The notes beneath the pieces are model-generated. The model ran no database searches. It had not been told where the DNA came from and saw nothing but the letters and a program-made list of their open reading frames with translations. Below, in pieces: positions 1-8,701 of a DNA stretch of 32,000 nucleotides. The stretch covers positions 150,001-182,000 of the forward strand of contig JAUIFI010000001.1 of NCBI GenBank assembly GCA_030429505.1. Reading direction: 5' to 3'. A program made the position numbers and the translations under genes. Each line of letters begins with the position of its first letter. Positions within the stretch are counted from its first letter, which is position 1. Origin of the DNA: Candidatus Saccharimonadota bacterium (GTDB lineage Bacteria; Patescibacteriota; Gracilibacteria; UBA4473).

Positions 1-730
1 TGCTCGAAACTTCAGCACATTCAGTCCAGGTTAAAGTACCAAGTGGAATAAAGCACTCTTTCTTCAAAGGTTCTTCCCGCATCAAAACAGATCTTGTCAA
101 AGATTTGAAATTCGTAATATCGACTAAAAGTAAAAAAAGATCTTTCAAGAAACGATTTCCGGATTTTTGTACAATCGTATATAAAATTTCAAAATAAAGT
201 TGGTCGAGAAAAAACTCTATCTTTGAAAAGTTTTGATCGTCCTGCCACTGAGACTCTATGTATTGTAATTGTTCTCCAAAATTATCACCCAAGTAGTTCA
301 AAAATTCCTCAGGGATTACACTATTCCAGACGATGTTTTCAACATCAGATTGGTCTAAATTTCCCAGCAAAGAAAAACCATGAGTTTGGGAAAAATGTTC
401 CAAAGATGATTTCTTATCAAGTAACTTTAGTTTAAAGGCTCGCTTCAAATTATTAATATCCGCTGGTAGCCATAAAAATTGTAATCCCGGATTATTTTCC
501 GTCTCTCTCATGAGTAATTCCTTCGTTTCCAAAAGTCCTTGTTCAATTATACGATCAAAATCTTCAGCTTTCGCTTCTTCATCGATATAATCCGCATATT
601 GTAGCTCTATAAGGATCCGAAAAGCTTCATGAGGAGTTTTTGCTCCGATCATTCGATCAAGACGATTAATTGTCAATAAACGAGTTTCCAAGGCTCGTAT
701 CTGACCGGTAACAAAAAGAAGATCAGTCAT
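1..730 (-). CDS. atpC: A/V-type ATP synthase subunit C (d-like), 3'-truncated by window edge
   Basis: Not in the ORF track because it runs off the window. My translation of the minus strand from ATG at 730-728 stays open to position 1 (MTDLLFVTGQIRALETRLLTINRLDRMIGAKTPHEAFRILIELQYADYIDE...), a typical N-terminus for V/A-ATPase subunit C. The start overlaps the atpE stop (ATGA, 727-730). It follows E in the H-I-K-E-C order. Confidence 0.8.
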   Translation of the reverse strand, partial: MTDLLFVTGQIRALETRLLTINRLDRMIGAKTPHEAFRILIELQYADYIDEEAKAEDFDRIIEQGLLETKELLMRETENNPGLQFLWLPADINNLKRAFKLKLLDKKSSLEHFSQTHGFSLLGNLDQSDVENIVWNSVIPEEFLNYLGDNFGEQLQYIESQWQDDQNFSKIEFFLDQLYFEILYTIVQKSGNRFLKDLFLLLVDITNFKSLTRSVLMREEPLKKECFIPLGTLTWTECAEVSS

Positions 731-1287
731 GAGACAAATTTCAGTTCTTCAGACAAATGTAACATCAATGGTTCTCGAAATTCAGAGAAAACCAATGATC
801 GAAACGAATTATCAATTTCCGTACCACCAGAATGGACGAGAAACCCTCCGCTAATATTCTTATGTGCCACTACATCAAATCCGCCAGGAGCACATTTTGA
901 TGTGATTTCTAATCTTTTTGGAGGTGCTAGAATTTTTCCAGAAGAAACAGACAATTGCTCAAAAAGCTTATCCAGAATTTGTTTATATGTTTTCTCATCT
1001 GCTTGTTCAAGCTTGTGTAAAAAAGCTTCAAAAAAACTTTCTAATACCTTATGTTTCGCTTCAAGAAGTGATTGGCTGTTCTGTCTTCGAGCCATAGAAC
1101 GAGTTTTCTCTTCCACAGATTTTAAAGCATCTTTGGTTTTTTTCTCGATTTGGGCAGACTCTTGCTTTTCTCTTTGAACAAATTCTTCTCGAATCTTTTC
1201 CAGATCAGATACGACATCGCTTTCTATCTGCGCTACATTTTCAGCAGCATCATCAAGAATTTTTCTTAAAATATCTTGCAGAGACAT
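727..1287 (-). CDS. atpE: A/V-type ATP synthase subunit E (peripheral stalk)
   Basis: 186-aa ORF. Long N-terminal charged helix (MSLQDILRKILDDAAENVAQIE...) followed by a C-terminal globular part, as in subunit E. It lies between the K and C subunit genes. Confidence 0.8.
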   Translation of the reverse strand: MSLQDILRKILDDAAENVAQIESDVVSDLEKIREEFVQREKQESAQIEKKTKDALKSVEEKTRSMARRQNSQSLLEAKHKVLESFFEAFLHKLEQADEKTYKQILDKLFEQLSVSSGKILAPPKRLEITSKCAPGGFDVVAHKNISGGFLVHSGGTEIDNSFRSLVFSEFREPLMLHLSEELKFVS

Positions 1288-1327
1288 TACGAATGAATAA
1301 TTAAAAACTAAGAATTAATACAGTATA

Positions 1328-1834
1328 TTAGACACCAATGTTGACTGAGTTCACAATCAAAAGAGAAATAAGCAAACCAAAGATAGCATAAGTCTCAATG
1401 ATAACTGAAAGTACAATAGCTTTCCCTGCCATAGACTCGTTACGGGCAATGGTGCCAATACTAGAAGCTGCTACTTTTCCTTGCATCCAGCCGGACGTAA
1501 GCCCAGCAATACCCATCAAAATTCCAGCCAAAAGAAGTTGCATTCCAGCTTCAACGGATACAGACGCACCACCTTCAAACATTTTAATTTTGGCCAGAGT
1601 CAAAATAGCAATCAAAAGACCATAGACTCCTTGTGAACCAGGAAGAGCGGTAATTACGAGGACTTTACCAAAGAGATTTGGTTTTTCCGCTAAAACGCCA
1701 GCTCCCTTTGAGCCTGGACCAGAAATACCAAGTGAAGAACCAAGACCAGCCAAAGCCGCCGCGGTGATACCACCAAGGATAGCTAGAACTGAGCCTGAGA
1801 GATGAAGAGCCGTTGTCGGATCTGATTCAATCAT
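1328..1834 (-). CDS. atpK: A/V-type ATP synthase subunit K (proteolipid c, 4-TM duplicated hairpin)
   Basis: 168 aa, Gly/Ala-rich, four hydrophobic helices. Motifs ALPGSQGVYG, SGWMQGKVAA and IIETYAIFG align by eye with Enterococcus hirae NtpK LLPGTQGLYG / SGIAQGKVAA / MVETYAILG. Confidence 0.9.
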   Translation of the reverse strand: MIESDPTTALHLSGSVLAILGGITAAALAGLGSSLGISGPGSKGAGVLAEKPNLFGKVLVITALPGSQGVYGLLIAILTLAKIKMFEGGASVSVEAGMQLLLAGILMGIAGLTSGWMQGKVAASSIGTIARNESMAGKAIVLSVIIETYAIFGLLISLLIVNSVNIGV

Positions 1835-1863
1835 AAGAAAAGAAATAAAAAATAAAAATAATA

Positions 1864-3894
1864 TTAACGAAAGAAAAGATATTTTTTTTGACGAACAAAT
1901 GGTTGAAACTTACGACCATTTCCATCAAAAAACTTACTAAAAAACTCAATAAATTGCAAACGTCCTGAGTGTACAAAAGCGCCCAAAAGAGACAAGAAAA
2001 AATTAAGCATGTGTCCTCCCACTAAAACAAGAACGGCAATGAGGAGTCCCAAAGTCCAATGCGGCATCATGTCATATAAAACATTCGCTGTCAGATTCAT
2101 AGCAAACCCAATCACCCCTGTCGCTAATCCTAAAGCCATAATACGAGAATAACTCAAAAGATCGGAGAGATACCCCGTAATATTGTATAATCCCAAAACA
2201 CCAAAAATAGGTTTTAAGAGCCAATTTTTCTGATGACGACCTTGAGTAATCACCAAAAGAATAGCTCCTGCTAATGATAAATTCTTAAAAAGCTCTTTGT
2301 CTAAACCAAGAGTATCAGCTAACGCAAAACCAATAACCATTACCAAAAAGAAAAACCAAGTAAAAGGATCACAAAATGCAGATACATATTCTTTATTTTT
2401 CAGCTTTGAGACAAAGTCTAGTAGTAAACCAAAAAGAAGTTGCAAAGTTCCTAGAGCCAGAGCAATCTGTAAGAAAAGAATAGGTCCACTTCCTGACATA
2501 GGGTCAAATATTTGCCCTCGAAAGGGCATAGTAGCTTCCATGCCAGCAACATGATCAGGATTGAGTAAAAATGATAAAAAACCAGGTATCATTTCTGGAG
2601 TCATTCCAAAATACCCTCCTAAAATAACGCCTCCAAGTATCGCACTAATCCCACAAAAAAGAAGAAGGCGAATGCCATCTCGAGCGGCCTTGGAAAATTT
2701 TCCTCCAACGAGAAGTATAGTGGCTAAAAGTGTAAGAAGTCCTCCATATCCAACATCAGAGAGACACAAACCAAAGAAAGCTACAAAAAAAGGCGCCAAA
2801 TAAGGAGTAGGATCTAAATCTTTTTTTGAAGGTAGTCCAAACATCTCTGTTACTGCTTCAAAAGGAGAGAAGAGAGTTTTATTCGCTGTTAAAACAGGCT
2901 CAACTTCATCTTTATGGGGGAGTGTTTTTTCCAAGACTACTTCACGAGCAAAGCTTTTTGTGATCCATTGTCCTAAATATTCAAACTGTGCTACCGGCAG
3001 CCACCCTTCAAAGGCAAAAACTGTATCAGTCTTTAAAATTTTGTGTTGAAGGTCGTGCTTTTTCTTTCTCCAAGCATTGTAATCATATAAAATTCTCAAG
3101 TCATCTAGATGAGAAGCAAGGTCTTTTTGCCGTTTTTTTAGTTCTTGAATGTACGCCATTAATTCAGATTCTTTCTGATCAAATATCCGAATAATTTCTC
3201 GTGGTTTGTGTCCAAACCAAGGTCCAAAATCTTCGGAAAAATCTAGGATTTCAACATCACATTCGCGAAGGATTGATAAACATTTTTCTGCCAAAGACAC
3301 AAAAGCTGTTACTCGAAGATAAGCTCGATCATTACTTCTTCCAAAAACCTGAACATCAATCAAATGAGATTCTTGAGCTAAAGACTGGATGAAAAGTTTT
3401 TCTTGTTTTCGAGCAATAGCTCCCAACATGGTTACAGATCGATCTGTAGAAAGATTTGATTGGAGTCGAGTACGAAGACTTCGAAAAGGGAGTAAAAATC
3501 TTCGTTTTTCTCTTATTTTTGCAAGTTCTCGTTCACTTCTCCCTAAGCCTTCCTCAATTTCTTCACATTCACTAATAACTTTTTCAGATAAAGGGCTGAA
3601 GTGTTTGAGACGCTCTTTCGCTTCCTGTTCACTGAGAATAATTTTTCCTCCAGATAACATGGTATCAAGCATCGACTTTTTGGAATCCATCGGAGTCAAA
3701 AAACGAATTGCAAAGTCAATTCGTGCTAAATCAAAAACCTGGAAAAAATTATCCGTACTATCGGAAGAGTGTTTAATGAAATCCTGATTTTCTGTAATTT
3801 CCAAAATACCACTTCGATGAAGCTCTTGCATGAGAAGCTTGTAATGTTTTTTGAGACCCGTTACCCGGATTTTCTGTAGCTTTACTTTTGCCAT
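1864..3894 (-). CDS. atpI: A/V-type ATP synthase subunit I (a-subunit, stator/ion channel)
   Basis: 676 aa. About 330 aa of N-terminal soluble coiled-coil domain plus a C-terminal polytopic membrane domain (typical size and layout). Operon position is between the H-like and K genes, with a 3-nt gap to the upstream gene. Confidence 0.9.
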   Translation of the reverse strand: MAKVKLQKIRVTGLKKHYKLLMQELHRSGILEITENQDFIKHSSDSTDNFFQVFDLARIDFAIRFLTPMDSKKSMLDTMLSGGKIILSEQEAKERLKHFSPLSEKVISECEEIEEGLGRSERELAKIREKRRFLLPFRSLRTRLQSNLSTDRSVTMLGAIARKQEKLFIQSLAQESHLIDVQVFGRSNDRAYLRVTAFVSLAEKCLSILRECDVEILDFSEDFGPWFGHKPREIIRIFDQKESELMAYIQELKKRQKDLASHLDDLRILYDYNAWRKKKHDLQHKILKTDTVFAFEGWLPVAQFEYLGQWITKSFAREVVLEKTLPHKDEVEPVLTANKTLFSPFEAVTEMFGLPSKKDLDPTPYLAPFFVAFFGLCLSDVGYGGLLTLLATILLVGGKFSKAARDGIRLLLFCGISAILGGVILGGYFGMTPEMIPGFLSFLLNPDHVAGMEATMPFRGQIFDPMSGSGPILFLQIALALGTLQLLFGLLLDFVSKLKNKEYVSAFCDPFTWFFFLVMVIGFALADTLGLDKELFKNLSLAGAILLVITQGRHQKNWLLKPIFGVLGLYNITGYLSDLLSYSRIMALGLATGVIGFAMNLTANVLYDMMPHWTLGLLIAVLVLVGGHMLNFFLSLLGAFVHSGRLQFIEFFSKFFDGNGRKFQPFVRQKKYLFFR

Positions 3895-3897
3895 TTG

Positions 3898-4218
3898 CTA
3901 AATGAGTTCATTCATAAAGTACAAAAACGCTCCAGACAAAACCTTCTCTTTTTTCGTCTCAGCATCCTTTCGAATCTTATCAGCTTCTCTTTCCCCTTCC
4001 TTGACAAGATCGGTATATAAGCTGCGCATCTCAGTTTGCTTGGCGACTATTTTTTGCTTGGCCTGATTTCTATCTTCTTCAAGTTGAGTTTGTAATTGTT
4101 TCTCCAATTTTTCACGTTCCTTTACTTTCTTCTGAGCACCAGCATGATGTGCTTTAGCAATCATATCTTGAGCTTTTTTTTCCGTATTTTTGATATCAGT
4201 CACAAAGTCGCTTCCCAT
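3898..4218 (-). CDS. Small coiled-coil A/V-ATPase stalk subunit (archaeal H / V-type G-like)
   Basis: 106 aa, almost entirely charged helix (KKAQDMIAKAHHAGAQKKVKEREKLEKQLQ...). It is the first gene of the operon immediately upstream of subunit I, as in archaeal atpHIKEC operons. The assignment rests on position and composition only. Confidence 0.55.
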   Translation of the reverse strand: MGSDFVTDIKNTEKKAQDMIAKAHHAGAQKKVKEREKLEKQLQTQLEEDRNQAKQKIVAKQTEMRSLYTDLVKEGEREADKIRKDAETKKEKVLSGAFLYFMNELI

Positions 4219-4242
4219 CTGTATTAAGATTATATCCCACGT

Positions 4243-4270
4243 ATTTTCATAAACTTTTTCTAAATGTCAA
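4243..4270 (-). promoter_or_regulatory. Candidate promoter of the ATPase operon
   Basis: The minus strand reads TTGACA (4270-4265), a 16-nt spacer, then GAAAAT (4248-4243). A perfect TATAAT (4234-4229) lies 10 nt upstream of the ATG but has no good -35. Which element is used is unresolved. Confidence 0.35.
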
Positions 4271-4407
4271 CTGTTTTTGAAATTTGAAAAACAGGACTGA
4301 CTTAGAATTCAGCCTTGTCTTAAGTATGAAATCTTAATAATGCTTTCAAATATATGAAGACTCCCAAAAAGACAGAGCTCTCTCTACAGCTCTAGGAAGA
4401 AATTGAT

Positions 4408-4435
4408 TTGAAAAATCCCATATCCTCCTTACAAT
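4408..4435 (+). promoter_or_regulatory. Candidate sigma70-type promoter for the TPR/HTTM genes
   Basis: TTGAAA (4408-4413), 16-nt spacer, TACAAT (4430-4435), 37 nt upstream of the ATG at 4473. Confidence 0.45.
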
Positions 4436-4472
4436 GCAACCGCATTAAGACCTTTGTAAAACACATATAATT

Positions 4473-5975
4473 ATGATGGTAGTTTTAATCAGCTCCTTCC
4501 TCTTACTCTTCAGTTTTTTCTCTGAAGGAGATATGTGGAAGGACTTAAGTGCAAACATACTTGACTCATCGCATATGACTCAAGAAAACCCTCAAGGGGT
4601 CAAAAGAAAAGTCTCTTATATTGGACGTATTCGAAATGCTGAAGAACTCATTGAACACGAATATTACTCAAGAGCAACTATCGAACTTGCGACCGCAATC
4701 AAAGAAAAGCCAGATATTATCAAACCCTACTTGTTACTCGGAGAAATTTATCTCAGAAAAAATGATATTCCTAAACTTTCTCGTCTTATCGAAGAACTCA
4801 AACAAAAATTTCCCACAGAAATTCAAGTATCCATTTTGGAAGGACGAAAACTTATTGCTGAAGAAAAATTTCAAGAAGTAACTTTGATTTTCAATTCTAT
4901 ACAAGAAAAACTTCCTCCAGAACTTCAGTTTTACCAAGCAGCATTGCTTTCTCTTCAAAACAATCACGAAAAAGCCAAAGAAATCCTTCAATCTCTCAAT
5001 AAACTCCCAATTCAAGAAGAAAAATTAATTGTAGGAAAAGAAGGAGTGAAAGAAGAAGAAGTCGATAAAGAAGTCTCTATATCTCCGGAATTTGCACAAA
5101 AGATTAATGATTTTCTTGTAGTTTACAATGACTTTAGTTTACTTAGTGATGGGAAAAATGCGCATTTATTTGTTTTACTTGGGAAAGTATTAGCTGAAAA
5201 AAATGAAGTGGTGCTTGCTCGTGAATTTGCCGAAGTGGCTGTCACCGAAGACTTGGAATATCCAGATGCTTGGCTCCTTCGAGGATATACAGCTTTCCTC
5301 GCCAAAAACTTCGAATCAGCTCTGCGAGATCTGCGCCAAGCTTACAAGCTTGATCCTGCCAGACCTCAAACATCGTATTTTCTAGCTTTAGCGTTATCTG
5401 AAACGGGACAAAACGAGGAAGCGATTCTCTTTTTTGAAAAAGCCAACGAATATGGTTTTGAATTTGCCAGCGAAGTGGAGTGGAAACTAGTAGAACTTTT
5501 CAATAAACAAAGAAAGTATGATCAGGCACTAAAGCTCTACCAAAAGCTCGTGGATCAAGACACACAGCCCAAACAAATCGCCTCAGCCCTTCATACTGCG
5601 ATTGACTTGGCTTCAAAACCGGAAGCCGCTTTAGAAATGGCTGAAAAATTAATTGAAAACAAGCCGAACGATGCTTTCGCTCTCAATATGTACGGATGGT
5701 CACTAATAGCGAATAAAAAATTTGTTCAAGCAGAGGAAGCACTTCAAAAAGCAGAAAAACTTGTTCCGGAAAATGCTCAGACTTTTTTAAATCTTGGACT
5801 CCTCTATGAAACTCAATCTGAATTCAAAAAAGCCATATCCTACTACCAAAAAAGCTATCAACTCGGTAAAAAAAGTCCCAACAATTCCATTGCCAATTTG
5901 GCAGCAGAAAAATACAACGAACTTAAAAACAGGTCTCCTCAAGACAATTCAAAAAAAACAGAACAAGCTTTATAG
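4473..5975 (+). CDS. TPR-repeat protein with N-terminal signal/anchor helix
   Basis: 500 aa. Hydrophobic N-terminus MMVVLISSFLLLFSFF. Several recognisable TPR units (e.g. AWLLRGYTAFLAKNFESALRDLRQAYKLDP; AQTFLNLGLLYETQSEFKKAISYYQKSYQL). Confidence 0.8.
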   Translation: MMVVLISSFLLLFSFFSEGDMWKDLSANILDSSHMTQENPQGVKRKVSYIGRIRNAEELIEHEYYSRATIELATAIKEKPDIIKPYLLLGEIYLRKNDIPKLSRLIEELKQKFPTEIQVSILEGRKLIAEEKFQEVTLIFNSIQEKLPPELQFYQAALLSLQNNHEKAKEILQSLNKLPIQEEKLIVGKEGVKEEEVDKEVSISPEFAQKINDFLVVYNDFSLLSDGKNAHLFVLLGKVLAEKNEVVLAREFAEVAVTEDLEYPDAWLLRGYTAFLAKNFESALRDLRQAYKLDPARPQTSYFLALALSETGQNEEAILFFEKANEYGFEFASEVEWKLVELFNKQRKYDQALKLYQKLVDQDTQPKQIASALHTAIDLASKPEAALEMAEKLIENKPNDAFALNMYGWSLIANKKFVQAEEALQKAEKLVPENAQTFLNLGLLYETQSEFKKAISYYQKSYQLGKKSPNNSIANLAAEKYNELKNRSPQDNSKKTEQAL

Positions 5976-6011
5976 CTTTCATATTTCTGTCGAATAAAAA
6001 GCTTTCGCTCT

Positions 6012-7850
6012 ATGAGTCAAAACAAAAACAAAGCTCCTACCTGTAGTCTTCCTACAAAATCTTCTAAAATTTCTAGAGTAAAGGAAAAACCATCACGATT
6101 ACACCAAGTACTTTCCTACCTCTTCAGCATAGATATAAGAGCTCTAGGGATATTTCGAGTATTTATCAGTAGCATCATTTTGATCGACCTCTACAATAGA
6201 GCAAAAGATCTCAAAGCTCATTATACTGATTTTGGTGTATTGCCTCGAGTACCTTTTTTGGAGAACTTTGCCAATGAATTCCATTTCTCATTTCACTTTC
6301 TAAGCGGGCATGAATATTTTCAAATAGCTCTTTTTATTATCAGCGCAGTATTTGCTTTGATGCTCCTTTTGGGATACAAAACGAAGCTTGCCACCATTAT
6401 GAGTTGGGTTCTTCTTCTTTCTCTTGAAAACAGAAACCCTATGGTACTGAACTCTGGAGATGTGGTATTTCGGATGCTTCTTTTTTGGTCTATGTTTTTA
6501 CCGCTCAATGCCACCTACTCTGTCGATAAAGCTTTAGATCCAAACCAATCCAAACCTCCTCAAAAAATTCTCTCCATTGCCACTATGGGGATTATCCTAC
6601 AAATACTTTTTGTATATTTCTTTTCCGGTTTGCTCAAAGATCATGCTATCTGGAATAAAGACTTTACAGCTGTCTATTACGCCCTTCAAATTGACCAGTT
6701 TACAACCCCTTTAGGAGAATGGCTTTCTGGTTTTCCAACACTTCTTAAAGGATTAACAATATTTGTGTTGTACTTGGAGCTCATTGGTCCCTTTGCTCTT
6801 TTTATTCCTTCTCCGAAAAACATTTTTCGAACAATTTTTGTGTTCTTGTTTGTAATACTTCATGTCGGATTTGCACTCAATATGCATATCGGAATTTTTC
6901 CTTTTGTACTCATGACCGCCTGGATACTCGTTTTCCCATCTCAATGGTGGGACTGGATTATCTCGCGTCTCAATCCTAAAGGCACTCTTACGGTTTATTA
7001 CGACGGAGATTGCGGATTTTGTCAAAAAATGACACATATACTCGTAACGCTCCTTGGTATTAAAACTTCTCTTGTACAAGCACAAACACAAACAAAAGTA
7101 TTTTCTCAAATGAAAGAGCATAACTCATGGGTCATAAAAGCAAGCGGAAAGTACTCCTATCGATTTGAGGGTTTTATAGCTTTACTCTTTCATAGTCCAA
7201 TATTTCGCATAGTTGCTCCAGTTCTCAAAATTCCACCTATCAAGCGGATTGGTAATGCGATATACAAGTGGGTATCGAACAATAGACCATGGTTCTCGAA
7301 AAAAACACAGACACTCCAACCATCTTCTATACAATACGAACTCAATGGATTTGTATCAGTTATACTTATAGGCTTTATTGGTTATACTATGCTTTGGAAT
7401 ATCAGAGCTTTAGATCCTGATGTCTATCAGAGTATCTTTCCTCAACGATTCAATACCATTGGAGAAATCCTGAGATTTGATCAATACTGGACTATGTTTG
7501 CCCCTCTTCCTCTTAATGAAGATGGTTGGTACGTCATGCCAGGAAAATTGGCAGATGGAAGCAAAATAGATGTATTCACAAACAAGCCAGTTACCTGGCA
7601 AAAGCCTCAAAATATAAGTGCCATGTACGCAAACCAACGATGGCGAAAATATTTGATGAATATTTGGATTTCAAAAAATGCCGGACATCGTTTGCATTAT
7701 GGACGTTATGTCTGTCGTAATTGGAACCAAACCCATGACAATAAGCTTCAGGATTTTGAGATTTACTTTATGAAAGAGTTTACGTTGGCAGATTATCAAA
7801 CGAAACCCGCAGAAAAAGTAAAAATCTGGAATCACCAATGCTTTGAATAG
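6012..7850 (+). CDS. HTTM-domain (vitamin K-dependent gamma-carboxylase/SdpB-like) membrane protein fused to a DCC-type CxxC thiol-disulfide oxidoreductase domain and a C-terminal domain
   Basis: 612 aa. HTTM-like entry helix IDIRALGIFRVFISSIILIDLY followed by about 8 TM segments. LTVYYDGDCGFCQKM (CGFC encoded at 7011-7022) is the DCC/DUF393 signature. Then one more TM and a soluble domain with FDQYWTMFAPLPLNEDGWY. Confidence 0.75.
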   Translation: MSQNKNKAPTCSLPTKSSKISRVKEKPSRLHQVLSYLFSIDIRALGIFRVFISSIILIDLYNRAKDLKAHYTDFGVLPRVPFLENFANEFHFSFHFLSGHEYFQIALFIISAVFALMLLLGYKTKLATIMSWVLLLSLENRNPMVLNSGDVVFRMLLFWSMFLPLNATYSVDKALDPNQSKPPQKILSIATMGIILQILFVYFFSGLLKDHAIWNKDFTAVYYALQIDQFTTPLGEWLSGFPTLLKGLTIFVLYLELIGPFALFIPSPKNIFRTIFVFLFVILHVGFALNMHIGIFPFVLMTAWILVFPSQWWDWIISRLNPKGTLTVYYDGDCGFCQKMTHILVTLLGIKTSLVQAQTQTKVFSQMKEHNSWVIKASGKYSYRFEGFIALLFHSPIFRIVAPVLKIPPIKRIGNAIYKWVSNNRPWFSKKTQTLQPSSIQYELNGFVSVILIGFIGYTMLWNIRALDPDVYQSIFPQRFNTIGEILRFDQYWTMFAPLPLNEDGWYVMPGKLADGSKIDVFTNKPVTWQKPQNISAMYANQRWRKYLMNIWISKNAGHRLHYGRYVCRNWNQTHDNKLQDFEIYFMKEFTLADYQTKPAEKVKIWNHQCFE

Positions 7851-7909
7851 TAACGAATTTAAAAGTAACTACCCCTGTTGCAGGGAAAGAAAAAGAAATA
7901 AGTCCTTTA

Positions 7910-7938
7910 TTGACACATTATGTATTTTGAGTTAAAAT
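7910..7938 (+). promoter_or_regulatory. Sigma70-type promoter
   Basis: TTGACA (7910-7915), 17-nt spacer, TAAAAT (7933-7938), 23 nt upstream of the ATG at 7962. Confidence 0.6.
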
Positions 7939-7961
7939 AAGAAAATATATTTCAAAAAAAC

Positions 7962-8639
7962 ATGAAAAACTTTTACTCCCTCATCCATGGCGCAAGTTAT
8001 ATTTCTCACTCAAAAATATATCAATCCAAAAGTCCGAGTAATAAACCATCGAGGGATGAAGTTTTCACAGAAATGGAAACAGATACCAATAGGATAGAAG
8101 AAAGTGAGGATGCTCAAACGATCGAAAATAAAGAGGCAAGACATAGAGATCTTGCAACTCAAAAACAAAAAATCCAAGCAGATCTAGATCGAGTCACCGA
8201 ACAAATGCAGAACACAGAGACAGAACTTACTGAGACTTATCGAGAACGTCAAATTGAGGTACATGCAAGACTCCCTATAATTCCGAAAGATAAATTAGAA
8301 AAAGCCTTACAGATTTTAAAAAATAAAGGTGAAAATATCGGGGGGAGATACGAAAAAGGACATACTGTTTATCAATATCTACTGAGGACAGAAAAGTATG
8401 ATATTACCTTGGTAGAGCATGGTAATCAGAAAATATTTGGAATTAGATTGGTATCTACAGGAAAAACTATTGTTATTGATCAGGGACTAAACGGAAGACT
8501 TGATATTGATACTCGGGAAGCCTTTGTTGTTGGAGCCCCAGGTACTTTAGCGAAAAGATTAAAAGATTTGGAAGAGAATCAACAGCAATATATAGAAGTT
8601 GTTGATTTTTTAATCGCCTTGGGAGAGAACGAACAGTAA
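7962..8639 (+). CDS. Hypothetical protein (N-terminal coiled coil plus small C-terminal globular domain)
   Basis: 225-aa ORF with its own near-consensus promoter. No signal peptide and no motif I recognise. It lies 62 nt upstream of the ABC exporter gene. Confidence 0.6.
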   Translation: MKNFYSLIHGASYISHSKIYQSKSPSNKPSRDEVFTEMETDTNRIEESEDAQTIENKEARHRDLATQKQKIQADLDRVTEQMQNTETELTETYRERQIEVHARLPIIPKDKLEKALQILKNKGENIGGRYEKGHTVYQYLLRTEKYDITLVEHGNQKIFGIRLVSTGKTIVIDQGLNGRLDIDTREAFVVGAPGTLAKRLKDLEENQQQYIEVVDFLIALGENEQ

Positions 8640-8701
8640 AAACAATTAGTTTTTTCTAAAGCGATTGTACGAATCAGGAAAATTGAGTATAAAACTCAGG
8701 T

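Noticed and set aside
223-435. 70-aa plus-strand ORF in the first 730 nt
   Set aside because: It lies antisense inside the open minus-strand frame that encodes a convincing V/A-ATPase subunit C N-terminus. It has no motif support and is a shadow ORF.
2297-3787. Series of plus-strand ORFs (2297-2554, 2561-2803, 2988-3194, 3201-3392, 3389-3787)
   Set aside because: All are antisense to the 676-aa subunit I gene. Their Lys/Arg/Ser-rich low-complexity translations are typical of reverse-frame artefacts.
4272-4295. CTGTTTTT-GAAATTTG-AAAAACAG inverted repeat in the ATPase/TPR divergent promoter region
   Set aside because: The 8-bp stem is mostly A/T and is expected by chance in this composition. 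I found no second copy or positional argument for an operator.
7873-7885. Tight GC hairpin CCCTG-TTG-CAGGG after the HTTM-DCC gene
   Set aside because: It is only 5 bp, with no U-tract on either strand. It may still attenuate transcription, but I cannot support calling it a terminator.
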